Source: a virus
Reading direction: 5' to 3' (one strand)
Length of the DNA: 64,000 nt
Virus record (IMG/VR): IMGVR_UViG_3300011116_000922
Location: 83,411-147,410 of that record
The position numbers and the translations under genes are program-made. The notes beneath the pieces are model-generated. The model saw nothing but the letters and a program-made list of their open reading frames with translations, was not told the DNA's origin and did no database searches. Shown piece after piece: positions 9,939-19,273 of this stretch. Numbering within the stretch: the first letter of the stretch is position 1; every line of letters starts with the position of its first letter.

Positions 9939-10376
9939 TTAAGACTTGTTGGAAGCAGCGGCTGAACCAAAGTAGAATCCTACGATGCTCACCAAGATTT
10001 GACGAGTTTCAGACGCAAACAGGAAGCCGTTGATCTCCACGAAATACTTGCGGGTGGACTGCGGGATAAGCCCAAACAGTCCCTCGGGCGTGGTTGCGTC
10101 CACTTCCACGAAAGTGGGCAGACCAAAGAACGGCAGGATGAAGGGAGCCATCAAGGTGGCAAACAGCACAGACAGTACGATGAGTTGGCGAATGCCCTTG
10201 CCTGTGTCCAGTGGGACTCGCAGGGCGGCTTTGTCCTGATTCTCGGTGGTCTGCTTGTTTGCCGCTATGAGGCGTTCAAAGATTTCCTTCTGATCCTGAC
10301 TCTTTTGAGCCATGTATCGAAACAGGAATCCTGTAGCCGCGCCACCAACCAAAGAAATAAGTTCGGAACTAATCAT
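9939..10376 (-). CDS. holin-like multi-TM membrane protein
   Basis: Hydrophobic segments, ends IVGFYFGS as in many phage holins. Confidence 0.65.
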   Translation of the reverse strand: MISSELISLVGGAATGFLFRYMAQKSQDQKEIFERLIAANKQTTENQDKAALRVPLDTGKGIRQLIVLSVLFATLMAPFILPFFGLPTFVEVDATTPEGLFGLIPQSTRKYFVEINGFLFASETRQILVSIVGFYFGSAAASNKS

Positions 10377-10414
10377 TCACGCCACTTCCTTTCTGAAACG
10401 GTGTACACTATTAT

Positions 10415-10597
10415 TTAGGTTTTGGGAAGTCTACGGCGGCGAATATTTGTTTTAGTGAGTTTGTTCTTGGCAGGGACGGGAGGAAAGTCACTTCCAAGCC
10501 CTGCGATTTTCTGATTGCCAACAGTGTTGGTGGGTGCGCTTGTGGGCAAACCACCGTCTTGTTCCATGAACGCAGCGAACCGCTTTAGTTTGCCCAT
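10415..10597 (-). CDS. small T4-like virion protein
   Basis: KRFAAFME N-terminus, APTNTVG..IAGLG motif; RBS AAGGAG. Confidence 0.6.
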   Translation of the reverse strand: MGKLKRFAAFMEQDGGLPTSAPTNTVGNQKIAGLGSDFPPVPAKNKLTKTNIRRRRLPKT

Positions 10598-10606
10598 AAA
10601 CCCTCC

Positions 10607-10990
10607 TTAAAGGCTCCGTAGAGCCTCCGCTAGCCTTCCGTCTAGCGGAATGGCATCCATGTCCTTTTCGTCCAATACCATGCCCTCTCCTATGTAGTTC
10701 AAAAATAGGAGTGTCGTCTTTAAAGCCGGATACAGAGGTTCGTCTAGTTTAAAAAATAACAGACGCGAGGCTACACGGGGCGTAAACACATTACCCAAAA
10801 TGGTAAGGTGATTCAGCAACAAGATGGGTCGGATCTTGCCGCTGCGGTTGTATTTTTTAAGAAGCCGCTTTACATATTTGATGCGGTTCAGGTCTTCCTG
10901 AAACTCACGCATACCCTCACACTGGGGATTGGTGTATTCTCCCATTGCATATAACAAGAAATTGTCGCGGTTGAGTTTCTTAAAGTCCAT
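10607..10990 (-). CDS. conserved T4-like myophage hypothetical protein
   Basis: NFLLYAMGEYTNPQC...EDLNRIKYVKRL...LLNHL pattern recalled from cyanomyophages. Confidence 0.75.
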   Translation of the reverse strand: MDFKKLNRDNFLLYAMGEYTNPQCEGMREFQEDLNRIKYVKRLLKKYNRSGKIRPILLLNHLTILGNVFTPRVASRLLFFKLDEPLYPALKTTLLFLNYIGEGMVLDEKDMDAIPLDGRLAEALRSL

Positions 10991-11008
10991 GACGAAGAGG
11001 GGTTGTTT

Positions 11009-11194
11009 TCAGCGTTCCCGTTGCGCGTTCTTTTTCTTGAATTTGTTTTGCTTTTGCTTGGGAGTCAAATCAGTATCTGTAATTTGCGTTCCGGGAATGG
11101 GATCCTGCAATTGCGATCCTTGACCAATGAAAATGCCTTCCGACACTGATTGGTCGTAATTACTTTTGCGAAAATATTCGCAGAAGCCCTTCAT
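11009..11194 (-). CDS. small putative head protein
   Basis: MKGFCEYF N-terminus, TGATG coupling to upstream gene. Confidence 0.55.
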   Translation of the reverse strand: MKGFCEYFRKSNYDQSVSEGIFIGQGSQLQDPIPGTQITDTDLTPKQKQNKFKKKNAQRER

Positions 11195-13353
11195 CACCAA
11201 CGCATTCCGTGCTTGTCAAGCATACGCTTGATGGACTTTTGCTTTCCGATTTCGGTTCTTGCGCCTGCGTGTGGATCAGCCTTTGGCGCGGGCTTCTTTG
11301 CCTTGGCAGCGGCTTCTTCCTTGACCGCAGCGATGGGACGAGCCGCACCAATCTTCTTGCCCCCCTCCACCTTTTGGGTCAGGATGCTCTTCTTGGGCTT
11401 GCTGCGAACCGCGTCACGGTTTGCCATGAGTTTGTCCAAGCGGGGAGTCCACGCCTTGAACTTCTTGCCTTCCTCCACAGTCTCTTCCTTCACGGTCTTC
11501 TTTTTGGCACGAAGCAGGGCAAAGTCCTGTGCGTCCAGTTTCTTGTTCTTGTTGACATCCAGTTTCTTTTGACCGCCAACAAGTTCTTCCTGTACACCCA
11601 TAGCCCGCTTGATGCCCTTCACGGCATTGGCTTGCTGCTTGCCTGTCAGAAGATTGCGGTATCTATCAAGTCCAGTAGTCATGCGTTGCAGTTGTGAACC
11701 GCGCTTGGCAACATATGCGTCCTTTGTTGCCTTGCTCAACTCGTCAATCTGCTCTGCTTCTTCCTTGACAGACTTCTTGGCTTTGGAAACGCGGTACAGG
11801 GTATCGCCTTCGCCGTGCTGAACGCTTACCTTCTTGCCGCTTGCACGAATGGCATTCAAGTCGGCTTTGGTCTTCTTGAGAGACTTCCACTCTTCCTTCA
11901 CGATCTTGTGGTGAGGAACGGTGATGCTGCTGTACTCGCCAACATCAACCACATAGCCGCCACCGTGCTGCGCTGCCTTGCTGCTGCCACCGTTGTCGTG
12001 GCGCACGATCTTGCCCTTCACCATCTTGCCCTTGTGGGGAACCTTGACGGTATCTCCCACTTTGTGCATTTCCTCAATTGCCTCAATCTCTTCCTTCACT
12101 TCAGCGCGACTGCCACGCTTCACCAGTTTGCCACCGCGACCGTAGGTGCGGGGCGAATCATATTCCTTGCGATCTTGTGCCAACAGAGCATTCACCTTTT
12201 TTTCAGTCTTATCAAGACGCTTTTCTGCTGCTTTTGCCTTCTTGTAAGAAGGGGAATTCATTTTGGTGGTGTAAGCGCGATCAGCACGGTCGTCTTGCTT
12301 GGCAATCTTGCGCTCCATTTCTTTCTGACGGGAAGCGGTCTGTGCCATCTCGTCCAGTTCTGCTTCTTCCTTTACAGGCTTCGTGGCAGGCTTGCCCATG
12401 CCCGGACGAATGGTTGCCAACTGATCCTTGGTCAACTTCTTCTTGGCTTCGTCCAGTTCGGTTTCTTCCTTCTGCATCTTCTTGTTGTGCAGTTTCCAAG
12501 CGGTAGCATACATGACGCTCTTGCCACGCTTGCCGTACTGCTTGGTGAACGAAGCCTTGGTCTTCTTGGAGCCTGTCATCTTCTCCATGTCGGGAGGCGA
12601 CACTTCATCCAACTGCTCGGTTTCTTCGTACATGGAAGGCTTTTCGCTCTTGCTCTTCTTCTTTTCAGCCTTCTTCTCTTCTTCGCTGTCGTGGCTGTAC
12701 ACACCCATCTTCTTGTCTTCGTCCACCTGCTCTACTTCTTCTGCCACAACAGGAGCAGCGGGAGCGAGTTTCGCGCTCACCACATACAGCGAATCGGGAT
12801 TCAGTTCCACATCAATGTGGAGATTGAGTTCGGTGTAGCCACCTGTTGGGTTAGCCTTGCCGTCAAAGCGAATCTGTCCGGTCAGCGCATCGTAACCGTC
12901 AACGCGACCAAACTGCTTGACAGTGATGTCATACGAGCCAACGCCTTGCAGGAGCATTCCCGGTCGCCAATCAAAGTCCAGTTGCACAACATTCAGGCGA
13001 ACCTTCATCTTGAGCAGGGCTTCGTTGGGATCAAGGTAGGTGGCACGGGAAATGGTGGACAGCATGGCATTCACGCCGTTGAGCGCACCCGCAGAGTGAA
13101 TGTGGTGCAGACCTGCGCCGTCCTTGTGAGCGGAGCGGTTGCCGTATCCGGTAAGAACTTCCGAGTACTCGCTCTCGTTGAGGGTGCTGCGGAACGCCTT
13201 GAACGACTTGTTTTCGTGTTGCATATGTTTTGCCTTTGAAATTTCAATTGCAGCGAGTTGCTTGGCTGCTTTTTCCTTGGAAGGATGAGTTCCCAATACT
13301 TTGGTTCCGCTCTTGTCGGTGACTACGAATTTGTTGCCGCGCTTCTGTATCAT
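11194..13353 (-). CDS. large modular internal head protein with repeated EE-x-E-x-x-DE sites
   Basis: Basic modules separated by VKEE/EQ(I/L/V)DE; EF-hand-like LDVNKNKKLDAQDF. Confidence 0.7.
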   Translation of the reverse strand: MIQKRGNKFVVTDKSGTKVLGTHPSKEKAAKQLAAIEISKAKHMQHENKSFKAFRSTLNESEYSEVLTGYGNRSAHKDGAGLHHIHSAGALNGVNAMLSTISRATYLDPNEALLKMKVRLNVVQLDFDWRPGMLLQGVGSYDITVKQFGRVDGYDALTGQIRFDGKANPTGGYTELNLHIDVELNPDSLYVVSAKLAPAAPVVAEEVEQVDEDKKMGVYSHDSEEEKKAEKKKSKSEKPSMYEETEQLDEVSPPDMEKMTGSKKTKASFTKQYGKRGKSVMYATAWKLHNKKMQKEETELDEAKKKLTKDQLATIRPGMGKPATKPVKEEAELDEMAQTASRQKEMERKIAKQDDRADRAYTTKMNSPSYKKAKAAEKRLDKTEKKVNALLAQDRKEYDSPRTYGRGGKLVKRGSRAEVKEEIEAIEEMHKVGDTVKVPHKGKMVKGKIVRHDNGGSSKAAQHGGGYVVDVGEYSSITVPHHKIVKEEWKSLKKTKADLNAIRASGKKVSVQHGEGDTLYRVSKAKKSVKEEAEQIDELSKATKDAYVAKRGSQLQRMTTGLDRYRNLLTGKQQANAVKGIKRAMGVQEELVGGQKKLDVNKNKKLDAQDFALLRAKKKTVKEETVEEGKKFKAWTPRLDKLMANRDAVRSKPKKSILTQKVEGGKKIGAARPIAAVKEEAAAKAKKPAPKADPHAGARTEIGKQKSIKRMLDKHGMRW

Positions 13354-13356
13354 GGT

Positions 13357-14370
13357 TTAGTCCGATGTGGTTTCAGAACGATAGTCTGCATCGGATGCTC
13401 TCTTGCTGCCACTGCCAGACTTCTTGCGCCGATCTGCTGCCCACGACATCTTGCCGCTCTTGGTGTCCTGACGAGCCAGTGGATTGGTGGAGCCACGCGC
13501 AGGAGGAACAGGCTTCTTGATTTCCGCAGCGTGTGCTGCGTAATCGGCTTTGGCTTTCTTTAGTTTGGCTTGAGCCGGGGAACCTTCCCACGCTTCTTCA
13601 ATATCCGAGCGCATTTGGAAGAACGACTTGCCTTCGCTCACACTCTTCCATCCGCCGCCCTTGGAGTTGTACCACTTGACTGCCCATCCGTTGGCATAAG
13701 CCGAAGGGTACACATCAAACTTGCTCTTGGCAGCAGCCTTGGCTTGCGACCACAGGCTTGGATTGGTGGGCTTGTTGGCTTCAAGAATTTCTTGAGCGGT
13801 TTCGTCAAGTCCAACCAGTGCAATGCTTTCAGCGCAGGCATAGTCAAAAGACTCTTCGATGTTTGCGGCATCACCCATCGTGCGCTTGAATGCGTTGAAC
13901 AGGGTAGGGTTGCCTGTGATCTTCTTGACCATTGAATCCAACAGGTCAATCATCATTTCGCGGTACACCTTGCCCACAGCCATCTTTTTCATGTTGCTCT
14001 TGGACGAGAAAGCCTTACGAGCAGCAGTCACCTTTTCCTTGTCAACCAATCCACTGCGGAACAGCACATTGGCTCGGCTGGTTTCAACGCTCTCACCAAT
14101 CTTCTGTGTGCTGCCTGCGTACATATCCGCATCGTCTTTGATGCCCTTTTCGTGGCTCAAGGTGGCACGGACAGCGTTGTACACGGTGCGATTGTTCAGG
14201 ATTGTGTCAACCACATCCACTAGGAGTTCCTGCATCACGGTGCGGTACGCGGGACTCTTGGCGTATCGCTCGGGGTCTTGCATCATGGTGATGACGCGGC
14301 GCATATTGTTTTTCGACACTAGACCCAAGCGGAGCAGTGTCTGTAGTTTGGACTTGATAGCAGTATCCAT
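13357..14370 (-). CDS. putative internal head protein (DUF5872-like module)
   Basis: PTNPSLWSQAKAAAKSKFDVYPSAYANGWAVKWY..KGGGW. Confidence 0.65.
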   Translation of the reverse strand: MDTAIKSKLQTLLRLGLVSKNNMRRVITMMQDPERYAKSPAYRTVMQELLVDVVDTILNNRTVYNAVRATLSHEKGIKDDADMYAGSTQKIGESVETSRANVLFRSGLVDKEKVTAARKAFSSKSNMKKMAVGKVYREMMIDLLDSMVKKITGNPTLFNAFKRTMGDAANIEESFDYACAESIALVGLDETAQEILEANKPTNPSLWSQAKAAAKSKFDVYPSAYANGWAVKWYNSKGGGWKSVSEGKSFFQMRSDIEEAWEGSPAQAKLKKAKADYAAHAAEIKKPVPPARGSTNPLARQDTKSGKMSWAADRRKKSGSGSKRASDADYRSETTSD

Positions 14371-14426
14371 GCGGTTGATTCCTTTAAGAAGGCTCTTTTC
14401 TTTATTTAGACCGTGAAATATTGCCG

Positions 14427-15710
14427 TCAGGTCATGCGAACAGGACCGTAAACTGTCCTGCCGTTGTTGATTCGATAGATTGCGGTCTTGCCGTTTTTCA
14501 GGGTCACATAGATTTCTTCACCGTACCGGATAGCCGATACCGCGTCATTTGCAAATATTTGATACGGTTGGCTGCATCGACCAATATAAAAATACACTCT
14601 TCCGCCCTTGACTGCCACCCATGTGTTTTCGGCATTGTTTTGCGGGGTGCGTGGGCACGATGCGTCTTCACCCAAAGACTTGTGGCTTACCACCACTGGC
14701 TTGTTGCCCTTGCCGCTCTTGGAGGCTTTGGATTCGGCTCTGCGCTTTTGGGACACAGCAGCCTTGCGTTCCTTGGGAGTCATCTCGCCAACGGTTTCGG
14801 GGGTCTTGCCCACCTTGTGCAGCGGACGGCACTTGGGGTACGCGCCGCCTTCGCTTGCGCTTTTGCGACCACACGGCGGATACTCTCCGGTCTTGGGGTC
14901 TTTCTTGCCGCCAATGTTTACCCACTTCTGCTTGAACCAATCGCCCAAGTCTTCGTCAATCTTGCACGGCGGCGTGGGGAACTGGGTGTTGTGCTTGGAG
15001 AATCCTCCCGTTTGACCGGGGGTGGGAGGTCTGCGCTTTTTCTTGTCGCTTTCAAGAATGTTCTTGGCAGCGGCGGTATACAATTCGCTGAAGTCCATTT
15101 CTTCCTTCATGCTGCCGCGCATTCCGCGCTTGATGTCATCAAACAGCCGCTTGGTGTCGTCCTTCTTTACTTCGCGGGGCATTCCACTTGCAAATGCCTT
15201 CATATCGTTTTGAGCAACGGCTTCGCGCATCTTGCTTGCGCTCATGCCTCTCACGCCCGATGCATTGGCATCGCGCTTTCCTGCCATGATGAAATCGTAC
15301 TTTTTGAGTTTGAGCCGTTTCTTTGGATCAGGATGCTTCATCAATTTCTTGATTACGCTGTCATCGTAATCCTCGCTGCGGTCTTCTCCCCCCACAAACA
15401 CAACATGATCGTAGCCCTGATCTGCCAAATAGTAAATCAAGTCAAACGGTGTGCGGATGGTGTCCGCATTCAGGAAATTAACTCCCGGAAAAAGGCGTTT
15501 CAACCAATAGTATTTACGAGATGGCGACAGTGGATTCTTTTTGGGATCCTGACTGCGACTGAAACCAATCGCGTGTTCGGCTCCCATCTTTCTCGCTGTG
15601 TCAACCACCTTGTCGAACAAGAGTTGGTGCCCTGAAGTTGGTGGCTGAAAACGACCGAAAGCAACTACGATAGTTTTGCTTCGTCGTGGATCTTTTAAAG
15701 ATTTAGCCAC
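14427..15710 (-). CDS. cytidyltransferase-like protein with C-terminal modules
   Basis: FGRFQPPTSGH, VGGEDR, GMSASKMR; then EDLGDWF..KWV...PCGR...PKCRP. Confidence 0.85.
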   Translation of the reverse strand: MAKSLKDPRRSKTIVVAFGRFQPPTSGHQLLFDKVVDTARKMGAEHAIGFSRSQDPKKNPLSPSRKYYWLKRLFPGVNFLNADTIRTPFDLIYYLADQGYDHVVFVGGEDRSEDYDDSVIKKLMKHPDPKKRLKLKKYDFIMAGKRDANASGVRGMSASKMREAVAQNDMKAFASGMPREVKKDDTKRLFDDIKRGMRGSMKEEMDFSELYTAAAKNILESDKKKRRPPTPGQTGGFSKHNTQFPTPPCKIDEDLGDWFKQKWVNIGGKKDPKTGEYPPCGRKSASEGGAYPKCRPLHKVGKTPETVGEMTPKERKAAVSQKRRAESKASKSGKGNKPVVVSHKSLGEDASCPRTPQNNAENTWVAVKGGRVYFYIGRCSQPYQIFANDAVSAIRYGEEIYVTLKNGKTAIYRINNGRTVYGPVRMT

Positions 15711-15752
15711 TTTGGATCACCTCCCGCAATGCACTTCAAATGCACCAACTCT

Positions 15753-16970
15753 TTACTGTTTCCACGCCTTGGACAGCGTGAAATTTGCCTTTGAGAATTC
15801 GATGCGATCAACCAATTTGACTGCATCGTTACTCATACGATCTATTGCAACGAATCCTTCGGGAACCGTTGCCACATACTTGTCGCCCTTCTGCACAAAA
15901 GTACCAAACTCCGTGGTCAAGGCAGACAGTTTTGCTAGTACATGCTTCTTCAGCATGGCTACACGATTATGTAGGGCAAACAACCGATTGATTTGGTTGC
16001 GGTTGTTGCGGATGTAATCCAGTGTAGGCGTGGGAGTTTTAGCGGGAACTTTTGATTTGCGCGCTTTGCGCTTTGCGTCAATCTTTGCAGAGATGAACGC
16101 AATAAGTTCGTTGGTGTCTCCCAACTCCCGTCCTGCACGGATGATTCCGTTAAAGTAAGTCTTGATTTCTGCTACCAGTGCGGTGTTCTTGGCAACCGCA
16201 TTCATGGCAGACTTTAGTGCAATTCCGTCTTTGATGATTCCATCAATTTGTGAATTGATGTGGGCAATATCCGTGGCACTAAACAAGCCATTACCCTTGG
16301 AGAAACGGTAGGTGGCATTGTCGAACCACACCTTGCGGCTCTTTGCCAATCCTGAAAGGTCGGGATTGAACTGGACAACTTTCAGGTCAGCAATGCTCTT
16401 GCCACCGTATTCCGTGTGGAACACAATTCCAATATCCGCAGCAGTGATTCGCGCACCCAAATCGGACTTGGGATCAACAGCGTACTTGATGGTGTTGGGT
16501 TGGAAAGTAATGTACCGCTTGCCGTCAATGGTTTCACGCTTGAGCGAATCCTTGTCGAACAGCAGATCGCCTTGCAGCACGGTGCTGATCCGCAAGGACT
16601 TGAAATACTTGAGAGCCAGTTTGAGTTTGGCATTCAAGCCTTCTGCCGGATGGTTGCGGTCAATGTCGGCTTCGGTGTAGTTCACCTTGGGTGTCACATT
16701 GAACACGCTCTTGGTGCCCACGAAGAACTTGCCGTTGTTTGGATCGGTTCCCACGATGATTGCGGGTGCGCCGTCCCACTTCACGGAAATATCATACGGC
16801 ACGGTGTCGTTGCCGTGCAGCGACTGCACCACACCGCGCAGGGAATTCATGGACTTGGAAAAACCCACAAACCCGTGATTGAATATTTCGTCCTCCAAAT
16901 GCTCCAAGTGGACATTTTTGCCACCTGTGCTTTGCAGGGATTCCGCCAAGAAGGGAATAAATGAGTTCAT
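15753..16970 (-). CDS. conserved T4-like protein (DUF6267-like)
   Basis: KNVHLEHLED, SVKWDGAPA, QGDLLF, PEGFV, KLVDRIEFS; start MNSFIPFLAE. Confidence 0.8.
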   Translation of the reverse strand: MNSFIPFLAESLQSTGGKNVHLEHLEDEIFNHGFVGFSKSMNSLRGVVQSLHGNDTVPYDISVKWDGAPAIIVGTDPNNGKFFVGTKSVFNVTPKVNYTEADIDRNHPAEGLNAKLKLALKYFKSLRISTVLQGDLLFDKDSLKRETIDGKRYITFQPNTIKYAVDPKSDLGARITAADIGIVFHTEYGGKSIADLKVVQFNPDLSGLAKSRKVWFDNATYRFSKGNGLFSATDIAHINSQIDGIIKDGIALKSAMNAVAKNTALVAEIKTYFNGIIRAGRELGDTNELIAFISAKIDAKRKARKSKVPAKTPTPTLDYIRNNRNQINRLFALHNRVAMLKKHVLAKLSALTTEFGTFVQKGDKYVATVPEGFVAIDRMSNDAVKLVDRIEFSKANFTLSKAWKQ

Positions 16971-16987
16971 GGGTTTCACCCCATTAT

Positions 16988-17653
16988 TTAGACTACGGAA
17001 ACCTGTTCGGACTTCCAAAGTGCAATGGCATCAGCCAGTGGCTCCACCCAATCCATAGTCTTGGCTTCGAATACTTGACATTCGCCCGTGTTGCTTACAC
17101 CAATAATGATGGTGATATTGTCCACGCGCTGCCCTGTCAGGTCTTGCCACATGAGCGCATACGCTGCTCCCTGAGTAAAATAATCAGAGATAGCGTCTTC
17201 ACTTTTTGGATTTTTTGAAGTCTTGAAGTCCACCACAGATAGTACACCGTTGTACTCCGCAATACAATCTGTGCGCCCCGCCAATCCAACCTTTTTCGAC
17301 CACAGCGCAACTTCAATTGCGCGGATGTTGTCGATGCAGTCGATGTGCGGCTGCATGGTATTGAAAATATCCAATTCTTCCGTGCCCTTGGCTTCTTGCA
17401 GGGTGGTTTCGAATCGGTTTTGCAGGTAGTCTTCAATTATGGAGTGAACCTTCGTGCCGCGAGACAGGACCCTCTTGGATTCTTCGGGATTGTCGCGCCG
17501 CCACTTGGCAAAGAAAGCACGCTTTGCCCATCCGGTCACGGTGGTAACAGAAGGAAAAACACCATGAGGTGTTGCGTAACGCCTTGATCCGTTTTCTTCA
17601 ATTGTATTGATTTCACCCGTGATGTTCACGAACGCATGATGAAAAGTTTTCAT
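16988..17653 (-). CDS. PD-(D/E)XK exonuclease (Cas4-like fold)
   Basis: PSVTTV, RGTKVH, AGRTD, VVDFKTS, QGAAY. Confidence 0.88.
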   Translation of the reverse strand: MKTFHHAFVNITGEINTIEENGSRRYATPHGVFPSVTTVTGWAKRAFFAKWRRDNPEESKRVLSRGTKVHSIIEDYLQNRFETTLQEAKGTEELDIFNTMQPHIDCIDNIRAIEVALWSKKVGLAGRTDCIAEYNGVLSVVDFKTSKNPKSEDAISDYFTQGAAYALMWQDLTGQRVDNITIIIGVSNTGECQVFEAKTMDWVEPLADAIALWKSEQVSVV

Positions 17654-17656
17654 GTA

Positions 17657-17824
17657 TTACTCTTTGTCTGTGGGCTTTTCGTCCACAATCTGTACATCCT
17701 TGGCAGGCGTTGCCTTGGGCGTGATTGCTGTTTGGTTCCGTTCAAGCCACTTCTTTGCAGCGGCGAATTCGGGCTTCTGCTGTTGCTGTTGCATCCACAG
17801 TAGCATGTCTCTCATGTTTGCCAT
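17657..17824 (-). CDS. hypothetical protein
   Basis: MANMRDMLLWMQQQQQ...; RBS AAGGAG and upstream CTACATA. Confidence 0.65.
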   Translation of the reverse strand: MANMRDMLLWMQQQQQKPEFAAAKKWLERNQTAITPKATPAKDVQIVDEKPTDKE

Positions 17825-17879
17825 AGTGTTCTCCTTCTAGTATGTAGGTTGCCGACTTGAAATATTTTACACTAACTGG

Positions 17880-18704
17880 TTACTTTCCTTCATTCAAATG
17901 GTTCAGGCACTCTTCATATGTTTCAAGTAGTGCCTGCGATGTACTAATGTAATCAGCGGCTCCACTGGTGAATGCTTCTGTTATTGCTTTTGTGAATTTG
18001 TTTCCAGTTCCGAAAAGCACAATGGACGGCAGGCATATCCCCACCATTGCCTCATGCAAATATGAAATCTTGTTGTCAAAAGAAACCGAGCCGTTCTTTT
18101 GCTGATCTTCAATCCGGCACAGAACCTGTTCAAAGGCTTCGCGGTGTGATCCGGTCGCGGATAGATTTTCATTTGCCCGATCAATAATGGATCGCGTTGC
18201 CTTGACACACGCACACTGAACACTGTAGTCGCATTCTTCCTTTACGGAAAGGAATTCCAAAGGCTTCATGTGCTTTCGCAGTTGGGCTAGAATGGTGTAG
18301 CGATTGAAGAATTGCAGATCCTCTTCCAGTGATCGAACGAATGAGTACTCGCTCATGGCTTCTGCAAGCGACCACAGGCGACCGAACGGCTTTCCCGCAT
18401 TGAAGGGCAGGGTGTACAGCGATTCTTCTTTTTGTGTGGAGTGCCTGCACACGCTGCCTATCCACGGTGAATATCGGAGTTCTGCATTTCCTGTTCGCAA
18501 CCACACAACAGGCGATTCGTACCGCTCAATCAGGCTGTTTGCCAATGCAAGCAGGAGCCGAGCGTCACTGGGTGACTCCTCAACAATGCGTAGCGTGAGT
18601 GGATGTGATGTGGAATCGGAAACGGTGAATGTCACGACCGCTTCCGCGTTTTTGTCCATTACAGAAATACGACCACCGTTTTCGGTGCGTTCACATTGAA
18701 TCAT
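17880..18704 (-). CDS. hypothetical protein
   Basis: 274-aa ORF with RBS AGGAG. Confidence 0.6.
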   Translation of the reverse strand: MIQCERTENGGRISVMDKNAEAVVTFTVSDSTSHPLTLRIVEESPSDARLLLALANSLIERYESPVVWLRTGNAELRYSPWIGSVCRHSTQKEESLYTLPFNAGKPFGRLWSLAEAMSEYSFVRSLEEDLQFFNRYTILAQLRKHMKPLEFLSVKEECDYSVQCACVKATRSIIDRANENLSATGSHREAFEQVLCRIEDQQKNGSVSFDNKISYLHEAMVGICLPSIVLFGTGNKFTKAITEAFTSGAADYISTSQALLETYEECLNHLNEGK

Positions 18705-18721
18705 TGTGTAGTCTCCTGTTG

Positions 18722-19273
18722 TTATTTATGCTTGCGTGGGCGCAAGCCAAACGACAGCCGTTTACGCATGGAGATTTTACGCCGCCGCTTGGAAACATTC
18801 CGCTTGGAACGAGCCTTCCGAGCAGAACGCTTTGAGCGGAGTTTTAGTTTACGCAACTGCGAACCGGGACGGCGCACACAGATGCGTGCCCCCTTTTTCA
18901 TCATGCCCGGACCACACTTGAAGATGATTCGCTTCTTGCCCTTGCGAACCACGATCTTGCGCCGTGCGGCGGCTTCGTTAATCATCTGTGTTTCCACTTC
19001 CACAGACTCTTCAATCTCTTCGTCTTCATCAATCTCTACATCAATCTCTGCTTCTTCAACAGGATCAAGAATAGAGATTACGCCGTCTTCGCCTTCTTCC
19101 CATTCGATACCTTCTTCTTCAAGATATTCGATGACTTGTTCGCGGCTAAAGTTGGGCATATCCAAAACGATCTTGGTTTCGGTGAGTTCAGCATCAAACT
19201 CTTCAGAAAACAGTCTCTGAAGGGAATTGAAAGCGTGGTCGCGCAAGTCTTTAAAGTCTTTCATTTTAGGCAT
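18722..19273 (-). CDS. prohead core protein, gp68-like
   Basis: Acidic N-half, INE site, very basic C-half (IVVRKGKK...RKARSKR). Confidence 0.6.
   Translation of the reverse strand: MPKMKDFKDLRDHAFNSLQRLFSEEFDAELTETKIVLDMPNFSREQVIEYLEEEGIEWEEGEDGVISILDPVEEAEIDVEIDEDEEIEESVEVETQMINEAAARRKIVVRKGKKRIIFKCGPGMMKKGARICVRRPGSQLRKLKLRSKRSARKARSKRNVSKRRRKISMRKRLSFGLRPRKHK

Noticed and set aside
11815-15635. Long plus-strand ORFs (474 aa, 404 aa)
   Set aside because: Shadows of minus-strand genes that carry recognisable motifs
16988-17653. Cas4 / CRISPR system
   Set aside because: Common T4-like exonuclease; no repeat-spacer array or other cas genes seen in the window
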